Source: Mobula hypostoma (lineage: Eukaryota). Taken from it: a stretch of 64,000 nt of DNA. Positions 51,520 through 61,035 of the stretch are shown one piece after another. The translations under genes and the position numbers were made by a program. The notes under the pieces were generated by a model, which saw only the letters and a program-made list of their open reading frames with translations, was not told where the DNA came from and made no database searches. Location: assembly GCF_963921235.1 (NCBI RefSeq), contig NC_086108.1:64978001-65042000 (forward strand), written 5' to 3'. The first letter of the stretch is position 1. Each line of letters opens with the position of its first letter.

Positions 51520-54281
51520 GTGATAGAGAAAGGACGAGCTCGGACCGAAGGTTTGAGATGTGTCTATTTTAACTCAAGGAGTGTTGTGAACAAAGTGGAT
51601 GAGCTTAGAGCGTGGATCAGTACTTGGAGATATGATGTGATGGCCATTACAAAGTCTTGGATGGCTCAAGGACAGGAATGGTTACTTTCAAGTGCGGAAT
51701 TTTAGATGTTTTAGAAGGGACAGGGAGGGAGGCAAAAGAGGTGTGGGCGTGACACTGTTGATCAGAGATAGTGTCACAGCTGCAGAAAAGGTGGACGCCA
51801 TGGAGGGATTGTCTACAGAGTCTTTGTGGGTGGAGGTTAGGAACAGGAAGGGGTCAATAACTTTACTGGGTGTTTTTTATAGGCCGCCCAGTAGTGACAG
51901 GGATATCGAGGAGCAGATAAGGAAACAGATCCTGGAAAGGTGTAATAATAACAGAGTTGTCATTATGGGAAATTTTAATTTCCCAAATATCAATTGGTAT
52001 CTCCCTAGAGTGAGGGGTTTAGATGGGGTGGAGTTTGTTACGTGTGTTCAGGAAGGTTTCTTGACACAATATGTAGCTAAGCCTACAAGAGGAGAGGCTG
52101 TACTTAATTTGGTATTGAGAAATGAACCTGGTCAGGTGTCAGATCTCTCAGTGGGAGAGCATTTTGGAGATAGTGATCATAATTCTGTCTTCTTTACAAT
52201 AGTGTTGGAGAGAGATAGGAACAGACAAGTTAGAAAAGCATTTAATTGGAGTAAGGGGAATTATGAGGCTATCAGGCAGGAAATTGGAGGCTTAAATTGG
52301 AAACAGATGTTCTTAGGGAAAAGTACAGAAGAAATGTGACAAATATTCAGGGGATATCTGTGTGGAGTTCTGTATAGGTATGTTCCAATGAGACAGGGAA
52401 GTTATGGTAGGATACAGGAACCGTGGTGTACAAAGGCTGTAATAAATCTAGTCAAGAGGAAAAGAAAAGCTTGCAAAAGGTTCAGAGATCTAGGTAATGT
52501 TAGAGATCTAGAAGATTACAAGGCTAATAGGAAGGAACTTAAGAAGGAAATTAGGAGAGCCAGAAGGGGCCATGAGAAGGCCTTGGCGGGCAAGATTAAG
52601 GAAAACCCCAAGGCATTCTACAAGTATGTGAAGAGCAAGAGGATAAGACGTGAAAGAATAGGACCTATCAAGTATGACAGTGGGAAAGTGTGTATGGAAC
52701 TAGAGGAAATAACAGAGCTACTTAATGAATACTTCAGTATTCACTATGGAAGAGGATCTTGATGATTGTAGTGATGACTTTCAGCAGACTGAAAAGCTTG
52801 AGGATGTAGATATTAAGAAAGAGGATGTGCTGGAGCTTTTGGAAAGCATCAAGTTGGATAAATCACTGGGACCAGATGAGATGTACCCCAGGCTACTGTG
52901 CGAGGTGAAGGAAGAGATTGCTGAGCCTCTGGCGATGATCTTTACATCATCAATGGGGACAGGAGAGGTTCTGGAAGATTGGAGGGTTGCGGATGTTGTT
53001 CCTTTATTCAAGAAAGGGAGTAGAGATAGCCCAGGAAACTATAGACCAGTGAGTCTTACCTCAGTGGTTGGTAAGTTGATGGAGAAGATCTTGAGTGGCA
53101 GGATTTATGAACATTTGGAGAGGTATAATATGATTAGGAGTAGTCAGCATGGCTTTGTCAAGGGCAGATCATGCCTTACGAGCCTGATTGAATTTTTTGA
53201 GGATGTGACTAAACACATTGATGAAGGAAGAGCAGCAGATGTAGTGCATATGGATTTCAGCAAGGCTTATTGATAAGGTACACCATGCAAGGCTTATTGA
53301 GAAAGTAAAGAGGCATGGGATCCAAGAGGACATAGCTTTGTGGATCCAGAGCTGGCTTGCCCACAGCAAAGAGTGGTTGTAGATGGGTCGTATTCTGCGT
53401 GGAGTGATTTTTATAAATGACCTGGATGAGGAAGTGGAGGAATATTCCTCTGGAGGAATAAGTTTGCTGATGACACAAAGGTTGGAGGTGTTGTGGATAG
53501 TGTGGAGGGCTGTCAGAGGTTACAATGGGCCATTGATAGGATGCAAAACTGGGCTGAGAAGTGGCAGATGGAGTTCAACCCAGATAAGTGTGAAGTGGTT
53601 CATTTTGGTAGGTCAAATACAATGGCAGAATGTAGTATTAATGGTAAGACTCTTGGCAGTGTGGAGGATCAGAGGGATCTTGGGGTCCGAGCCCATAGGA
53701 CACTCAAAGCAGCTGCACAAGTTGACTCTGTGGTTAAGAAGGCGTACAGTGTATTGGCTTTCATCAATCGTGGAATTGAATTTAGGAGCCGAATGGTAAT
53801 GTTGCAGCTATGTAGGACCCTGGTCAGACCCCACTTGGAATACTGTGCTCAGTTCTGGTCACCTCACTACAGGAAGGATGTGGAAGCCATAGAAAGGGTG
53901 CAGAGAAGATTTACAAGGATGTTGCCTGGATTAGGGAGCATGCTTTTTGAGAATAGATTGTGTGAACTTGGCCTTTTCTCCTTGGAGTGACGGAGGATGA
54001 GAGGTGACCTGATAGAGGTGTATAAAATGATGAGAGGCATTGATATTGTGGATAGTCAGAGGCTTTTTCCCAGGGCCGAAATGGTTGCCACAAGAGGACA
54101 CAGGTTTAAGGTGCTGGGGAGTAGGAACAGAGGAGATGTCAGGGGTGAGTTTTTTACTCAGGGAGTGGTGAGTGCATGGAATGGGCTACTGGCAACGGTG
54201 GTGGAGGCGGATACGATAGGGTCTTTTAAGAGACTTTTGGATAGGTACATGGAGCTTAGTAAAACAGAGGGCTACAGGTAA
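51520..54281 (+). pseudogene. CR1 ORF2 (AP endonuclease plus reverse transcriptase), multiple frameshifts and stops
   Basis: CVYFNSRS, GVFYRPP, MGNFNFP, SDHN; NYRPVSLTS, QHGF, MDFSKA, FINDL, FADDTK, WQMEFNPDKC, VRPHLEYC. The GVPQGSVLGP motif is deleted. Confidence 0.92.
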
Positions 54282-54584
54282 GCCTAGGAATTTCTAAGGT
54301 AGGGACATGTTCGGCACAACTTTGTGGGCCGAAGGGCTTGTATTGTGCTGTAGGTTTTCTATGTTTTTTTCCTATGTTTTTTCTATTATTATTTTCTTCT
54401 ATATTATATATTGCATTGAACTGCTGCTGCTAAGTTAACAAATTTTACGTCACATGCCGGTGATAATAAACCTGATTCTGATTCTGATTCCTTTGCTGTT
54501 CTGATAAATGGGTTTGGTCTGAAACATTGTCTGTTTATTCCCATCCATAGAAGAAAAAATCTCAGAGTGGGAAGGTGAAGGGTA

Positions 54585-54970
54585 ATGCCCCTCCCTTAAC
54601 CTTTCCTCAGTCCCTTTTCTCTCTGTCACCTCATCTCCTTACCTGCCCATCACCACCGTCTGGTGCTCCTCCCTCTTATTTTTCATCCATGCCCTTCTGC
54701 CCTCTCCTATCAGATTCCCCCTTCTCCAGCTTTGTATCTTTTTCACAATCATCTTCCCAGCTCTTTACTTCACCCCTTTCCCCCTCCAGATTTCACCTAT
54801 CACCCTGTGTTCCATCCCCACCACCACCACCCCAACCAACCTTCTAACTCTGACTCCTCATCTTTTTTCTCCAGTCCTGATGAAGGGTCTCAGCCCAAAA
54901 TATCGACTATACTCTTTTCCATAGATGCTGCCTGGCCTGCTGAGTTCCTCCAGCATTTTGTGTGGGTTGC
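54585..54970 (+). mobile_element. Penelope-like 3' UTR plus pseudo-LTR
   Basis: Polypyrimidine region, then ccagtcctgatgaagggtctcagccc...gatgctgcctggcctgctgagttcctccagcattttgtgtg. Confidence 0.8.
54872..54909 (+). ncRNA. Degenerate hammerhead motif in a Penelope pseudo-LTR (probably inactive)
   Basis: CAGUC-CUGAUGA-AGGGUCUCAGCCC-AAAAU-AUC-GACUA; GAAAC-GUC has become AAAAU-AUC, consistent with CpG decay. Confidence 0.65.
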
Positions 54971-56059
54971 AAGGGTAGAGACAGAGTCTAGATGCCAATT
55001 GTAGAACCTGAGAAGGGAGTGATGATGGGCAGATAGAAACAGGTGGTAGAGGGGATAGAAAAGACAAACCAAAGGAGAAGAAACCCAGCCAGATGCATCT
55101 ACACGGGCAGATATAACCAGGTGGGAACTAGAGGTAAGTTAAGGAAACAAAAAGGCAAGGGGATAAATGGTTACAGGAACAAGAAGGGACAATAGAGTAA
55201 GAAAAAATCAGCCATGATTGAGTATGGATTGGGATAGATGAGCCAAATAGTTTATTGCCTTATAATCTGAAGGAAGAGAGTGAGAACCTGGGTGAACTGA
55301 ACGAAATGGGAAACAAACACAGAGTTATGCATAACCTGAAATGGGAAAATTCAATGTTTACACTATTTGGTTGTAGGCTACTCAAGTGGACTATGAGGTA
55401 CTCTTCTCATTTGCTTTCACCTCATTATGGCAATGAAGAAGACTGAAGATAGACAGGTCACTGTGGGAATGGGAAGGAGAGTTCTAATAACATACAACTG
55501 GAAGCTCCACTCTGCAGACAGAGTGTTTTGTAAAACAGTCACCTAATCACTATTTGATCTCGCCAGTGTATAGTGGGCCACCATTTGCAGTAGATGAGGT
55601 TGGAAGGGATGCATGTGAATCTCTGCCTCATCTGGAAGAGCTGTTTACGTCTCTGGAAAGTGGTGAGGAAGAAGGTACAGGGATGTGTTGCACCTCCGGT
55701 GGTCGCAGGAGAAAGTAATCAGGAGGAGTGGGTGGGAAGGGATGAGTGGACCAGGGAATCACCAAGCAAGTGTTCTTTTTAGAAAGCAAAAAGGAGGACT
55801 GTAGGGAAGATGTGGGGGGTTATGGGATCCCATTTCAATGAGTGGAAGTAGTGGAGGATGATGTGTTGGACACAGAGGCTAGTGGGGTGAAAGGTGTTGA
55901 TCAGGGGAATTCTACCTCTGTGCTCTCTGGAGAGAAGGGTGGTGTTTGGCATGAGTGGTGAGGGTAGAGATGTGTGTAAAGGGCCCATCAACTACAGTAT
56001 GGAGGAAGCCACATTTTCTGAAGAAAGCTACACCTTTTGTAGTAAGTGGGAGGAATTAA

Positions 56060-57377
56060 GGCATTTGACAAGGTACCCCATGCAAGGCTTATTGAGAAAA
56101 TAAGGAGGCATGGGATCCAAGGGGAAATTGCTTTGTGAATCCAGAACTGGCTTGCCCACAGAAGGCAAAGAGTAGTTGTAGATGGATCATATTCTTCATG
56201 GAGGTCGATCACCAGTGGTGTGCCTCAGGGATCTGTTCTGGGACCCCTGCTCTTCGTGATCTTTATAAATGACCTGGATGAAGAATTGGGGGGATGGGTT
56301 AGTAAATTTACTGATGACACAAAGGTTGGAGGTGTTGTGCATAGTGCGGAGCGCTGTCAGAGGTTACAGCGTGACATTGATAGGATGCAAAAATGGGCTG
56401 AGAAGTGACAGATGGAGTTCAACCCAGATAAGTGTGAGGTGGTTCATTTTGGTAGGTCAAATATGATGACAGAAAATAGTATTAATGGTAAAACTCTTGG
56501 CAGTGTGGAGGATCAGAGGGATGTTGAGGTCTGAGTCAATAGGACACTCAAGGCTACTGTGCAGGTTGAATCTGTGGCTAAGAAAGCATACGGTGCATTG
56601 GCCTTCATCAATCATGGGATTGAGTTTAGGAGCTGAGAGGTAATGTTGCAGCTATACAGGACCCTGGTCAGACCCCACTTGGAGTACTTTGCTCAGTTCT
56701 GGTCGCCTTACTACAGGAAGGATGTGGAAACCATAGAAAGGGTGCAGAGGAGATTTAACAGGATGTTGCCTGGATTGGGGAGCATGCCTTATGAGAATAG
56801 ATTGAGTGAACTCGGCCTTTTCTCCTTGGAGTGATGGAGGATGAGAGGTGACCTGATAGAGGTGTATAAGATGATAAGAGGCATTGATCATGTGGATAGT
56901 TGGAGGCTTTTTACCAGGGCCAGAATGGCTAACGTGAGAGGGCAACACACATCAAAGTTGCTGGTGAACGCAACAGGCCAGGTACCTCTTCCTAGAGATG
57001 CTGCCTGGCCTGCTGCATTCACCAGCAACTTTGATGTGTGTTGCTTGAATTTCCAGCATCTGCAGAATTCCTGTTGTTAGCATGAGAGGGCACAATTTTA
57101 AGGTGCTTGGAAGTAAGTACAGAGGAAATATCAGGGGTAGGTTTTTTATGCAGAGAGTGGTGAGTGTGTGGAATGGGCTGCTGGTGCCGGTGGTGGTGGT
57201 GGAGGTGGAGGTGGATACGATAGGGTCTTTTTAGAGACCCCTGGATAGGTATATGGACTTCAGAAAAATAGTGGGCTATGGGTAACCCTAGGTAACTTCT
57301 CAGGTAAGGACATATTCGGCACTGCTTTGTGGGCCGAAGGGCCTGTATTGTGCTGTAGGTTTTCTATATTTCTATGT
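56060..57377 (+). mobile_element. CR1 LINE, 5'-truncated, same subfamily as 50091-54383
   Basis: AFDKVPHARL, GVPQGSVLGPLLFVIFINDLDE, FTDDTK, VRPHLEY; tail tttctatatttctatgt. Confidence 0.92.
56945..57077. mobile_element. Young Penelope pseudo-LTR inverted insertion inside the CR1
   Basis: 15-bp TSD taacgtgagagggca (56930-56944) / tagcatgagagggca (57078-57092). 41-bp inverted arms 56942-56982 and 57004-57044 with 2 mismatches. Confidence 0.85.
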
Positions 57378-57634
57378 TAATCAAAAGATAAGTTGTACAA
57401 GGCAAGAACAAATGGTCCGGAACCAGTTGGGCCCTTGGTCCAGAAAGAGGAAGACCCCAGAAGGAGGATTTAGGTTTATGGAAACTGGACATCTATGTCA
57501 AACCATCTATGAGGCATTTTGGACCAGGAAATTGGAGTTATCAAAATGGGGAGCACATGAGAGGTGTTGTGGATGTACATAGGAAGGGACTGAACAGGGG
57601 GAAACAGAATGGAGTCCAACTGTGAAGAACTCAG

Positions 57635-57870
57635 ACAACAGGAATTCTGCAGATGCTGGAAATTCAAGCAACACACATCAAAGTTGCTGGTAAACACTAC
57701 AGGCCAGGCAGCATCTCTAGGAAGAGGTACAGTCGACGTTTCAGGCCGAGACCCTTCGTCAGGACTAACTGAAGGAAGAGTTAGATGAAGGGTCTCAGCC
57801 TGAAACGTCTACTGTACCTCTTCCTAGAGATGCTGCCTGGCCTGCTGCGTTTACCAGCAATTTTGATGTA
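57635..57870. mobile_element. Young Penelope pseudo-LTR inverted insertion carrying hammerhead motifs
   Basis: Perfect 12-bp TSD TGAAGAACTCAG (57623-57634 and 57871-57882); ~85-bp inverted arms 57675-57759 and 57785-57869. Confidence 0.88.
57730..57767 (-). ncRNA. Minimal type I hammerhead ribozyme in a Penelope-like pseudo-LTR
   Basis: Minus strand reads UAGUC-CUGACGA-AGG(GUCUCGG)CCU-GAAAC-GUC-GACUG: helix I UAGUC/GACUG, core CUGANGA, helix II AGG/CCU, GAAA, vestigial helix III (palindromic ACGU) and a GUC cleavage triplet. Predicted cut between 57735 and 57734. Confidence 0.75.
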
Positions 57871-58539
57871 TGAAGAACTCAGTTCAGTGGGAGAAGATCA
57901 GTCCCAAGCAATTTGTATACGAATGCAGTCCAGTTTGTGGATCTTGGGTGAGAGAAGTGGGAAATATGAGGCTGGGACATTATCAGGTCATAAGCTGTGA
58001 AGGGAAATCTCCTGAGGTGATGAGATCGGTAATGGTGTTGGAAGCAGAGGCCTGCTGTTTGTTAGTGGCATCATGATCCAGGGGAAGATATGAGGAGGTG
58101 TCCAAGATCTGCCGTCTAACCTTTACATGGCAGAAGTCAGTGTGCCAGACCACAAGGGCATCACCATTATCTCCACTCAGTGTATAAAACCAAGGAGAAA
58201 CAGAATGGTTTTACTTTGCCATTTTCCATCAACTCTTAATTCCAGGTTATGTATCAGGAGGACAGCTGCAGCCAAGCCTCTGGATAAAAATAGTGAATGG
58301 ATGATGTTGGCATTATACAAATAATGTTCATAAAATCAAACAAAACATTAAAAGGAATTTTTGTAAGTCGATTGTAACATTCTGACATTCCCTTTAGGAT
58401 ACCAGTTGTGCATTCACTTATTTCCAATTTACTCCATGAAGACGTTTAAGTGAAAAATAATATCATAAATGTTGAAGTATGAAACCTCTAAAAAATTTGC
58501 CTCTGTTCAAAAATTATTCTATTTTTGAGATGTTTTGTG

Positions 58540-59318
58540 GTAAAATGGTGGCGGACTCGGACACAGCAACTTCTATGGAGTCAACCAAAGGTGCAATCGT
58601 CTTTTAAAGTATATTTTCTATGATCACAAGACCCTGCTGGACATTAAGAATTTAAAGTACTACAAGTCAGCAAGTTGTTTGTTTGCAGAGAAGCTGAAGG
58701 AGTTGGATTTGATGCAGACTGTGATGCTGCCTGCTACAGAGAGGTATCAGTGCGCGATGGAAGTGTGCAGTCTAACAGCGAGTAATTGTCTTAGTCTTAG
58801 TCACTCTTCTTGTGATCACAAGACCCTGTTGGGCTTTGGTGGAGTGGAATGCTGCAAGTCCAATTCAGTGGTTTATTGGCGAACGGCATGGGAGCTGCGT
58901 GGTCTTGGTTGTAGCAAGGTCTAGACCTCAAGCCATGGTGTCGCCTGTTTGCAGCCACCCATGGTGAGACTTTGGAGTTGGGTGCTCCACATGCTGGAGG
59001 CGTGTGGTGCAGAGTCCATGCTGGAATCAGTGCTGCCACCCAGGTGTTTGCTCGGCAGAAGACAAGGTGTATTGTGTTAGACTGTAGACTGCTGCAATGT
59101 TCATGGATTCAGGGACATAGGCTATATATTTTTTGTGTGACTGTATTTACTGCTATTTTATATGTGCTTGCTATCTTATATGTGCTATATGTGGCTTATG
59201 CTGTGTGTGACTGTTGGTTCTGTTTTACATCTTGGCCCGGAATAATGCTGTTCAATTTGGCTTTATTCATAGGTATTCATGTATGGTTGAATAACAATTA
59301 ATCATGAACTTGGACTTC
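58540..59318 (+). mobile_element. Non-autonomous LINE-derived element
   Basis: Starts aaaatggtggcgg; tgatcacaagaccctg(c/t)tgg repeated at 58621 and ~58813; ends catgtatggttgaataacaattaatcatgaacttggactt. Confidence 0.55.
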
Positions 59319-60847
59319 AGAATCATTGATTGCTGAAATACACTACTGCTCTTTACCTTAAATATAACTAGTAGATTAATTTTCATCTCTAGGATTCTTC
59401 AAGGTATCATTACATTTAAAATATTAAAGAAAGTTGTTCTAAATCTATACATCGTCCTGTGCTACAAGATTGACCTAGAGTTCAGAACTAAATTATTTGT
59501 CTTTTTTCTGTGCCCTGCATCTTGCACAATTAGCAAGTGCACTGTTCATTAGCCTTGACAAACGTTCTACAACCCTCAACAAATTTTCTAGTTAATAGAG
59601 TTAAAGAACAAACTGATTTTCTTTGCTTTTTCATTCCAAAGCACTTTACTTCACTTTAATTCCCAGAAGAACACATGCTCACGAAACAACATACAGGTTG
59701 CTGGAAATCTGGGGAACAAAACTGAAGATACTGCAAGTATTCAGCAATCCAGGCAGCATTTATGGGGAGAGAAAGAGAGTTAATGTTTTCAGTCTGTGAC
59801 CTATCATTATAAAATTTGCTTTGCTATTTCTTCAGCCAAATCTTACAACTGTCTTTTAATATTCTTTACATTTGTTTAAAGATCTTTACATTTTTATGTT
59901 GCAGCTCATTTTACATTTTTGGTATTATAATGTAGCATTAGTTAAGCTTAGCTGCCTCCTAATAGAACAAGGCAGATATTATTTAGCCACTCAGATATAA
60001 TTTTTGAAACTGGGTGTGATTGGATTTATAGTCCTTGTTGTGAAATATTGTCTCCTATCTGTCAGGTAGAATAATGTTCAATATTTCTAATTGAAAATCA
60101 TCCCACTTCAGAAGTGACACATTCATCATCTTTATTCCATGACTTCTTCAATGGGCTTTAATTGTTTAGTTGTAGAGTTCTGTTCACCTTCAACTGTGCA
60201 AACAGATGAAAACAAAACTGATCTGGCATATTACATATCCAGAAAGATAGGAAATTATTCAAAATGACTAGAATTTGTTTATATTCTTCAGGAGGAGGTA
60301 GCTGTCAGAATGAGGATTCTTGGGAAAATATATATAATTAGAGACAATATTCTGAGAAATGTTGACAACTATGAAAGTGAAATGTCAACATAATGCAGTT
60401 TTGTAACATTCTGGTTTTGGACACACTGTAGATATTATCATGTTCCTCAAAATGAAAATTAACTAAATGATGGTTTCACTTATAACATGTGTAGCTTATA
60501 ATAGTTATTAAATCTGACCTCAACATCCGCAATATCCCGAGTTTGCAATGTATTTAGTTTTAAATTTACAATAGTTTTGTATTGATATGTTGATCCATTT
60601 GAAGAATACATAGTCTACATTGGAACATTCTGATAGAGGGTGAATTGTTTCTACAAATACTCTATAAATAAAAGTTAATGCATGGTAAGGAAAATTACAA
60701 TGTGGTAATTTTCTGTAAGGCATTTAACTATAATTATGTTCACAATTGGCATTTATTTGTGTAGTTTGTACTTTGAAAACAATGTTTGATTGCTGTAACA
60801 TTTTGAGCTGATTTGGTTTATAATATTTTCTCTCTTTTTTTTTACAG

Positions 60848-61035
60848 CAAGTCCTCATGCAACAGCCTCAACTCTACATTTTCCAACATCTCCCATCATC
60901 CAGCAGCCAGGTCCTTATTTCTCACACACGGCCATCCGCTATCATCCACACCCTAGTCAGGAGAGCCTGAAGGAATTTGTTCAACTTGTCTGCCCTGACA
61001 CCAGCCAGCAGTCAGGACAGGTGGGGTTTCTAAAT
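60848..61035 (+). CDS. NFIA: Nuclear factor I A, next coding exon (equivalent to mammalian exon 8), phase 1-0, 188 nt
   Basis: Long pyrimidine tract plus tttacAG (60846-60847) and donor AAT|GTaaga (61036). Translates (A)[62 protein letters not shown], close to human [64 protein letters not shown]. Joins the previous exon in frame (G|CA = Ala). Confidence 0.96.

Larger units (their letters stand above)
50091..54383 (+). mobile_element. Near full-length CR1 LINE (~4.3 kb), inactivated
   Basis: 5' UTR, ORF1, ORF2 (APE plus RT) and a (TTCTATGT)-like tail. TSD TATTATT at 50084-50090 and 54384-54390. Inserted into the 3' UTR of another LINE (~49986-54490, ending gataataaacctgattctgattctgattc). Confidence 0.93.
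48250..54550 (+). mobile_element. Penelope-like element 3' end (GIY-YIG tail plus pseudo-LTR) in three pieces (~48250-48558, ~49754-49985, ~54491-54550)
   Basis: VAIHCSSISHSHSSMSVHGLLYCQDETKLRLKEKQLVFHLGNLQP matches the Penelope GIY-YIG C-terminus. The pyrimidine-rich UTR resumes after each nested insertion and ends in a decayed hammerhead ctgataaatgggtttggtctgaaacattgtctg. Confidence 0.7.
55010..58170 (-). mobile_element. Older Penelope-like element (RT plus GIY-YIG remnants), interrupted by a CR1 and a young pseudo-LTR
   Basis: Minus-strand peptides DNGDALVVWHTD (DKGGAVVVW-like, ~58130-58170), LDSILFPPVQSLPMYIHNTSH...FDIDVQ (57476-57697) and RIPLINTFHPTSLCVQHIILHYFHSLKWDP (55779-55991). 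Confidence 0.75.
21217..60847 (+). other. NFIA: NFIA intron, 39,631 bp, GT-AG
   Basis: Bounded by the two exons; the spliced peptide ...VITAPR|ASPHAT... is contiguous in known NFIA. Confidence 0.9.

Noticed and set aside
50499..54281. Active autonomous CR1 or a cellular esterase/RT gene
   Set aside because: Many frameshifts and stops, and the PQG motif is deleted.
56942..57044. Pre-miRNA hairpin or MITE
   Set aside because: Asymmetric arms, variable long TSDs and linkage to Penelope coding remnants favour a retroposed inverted pseudo-LTR.
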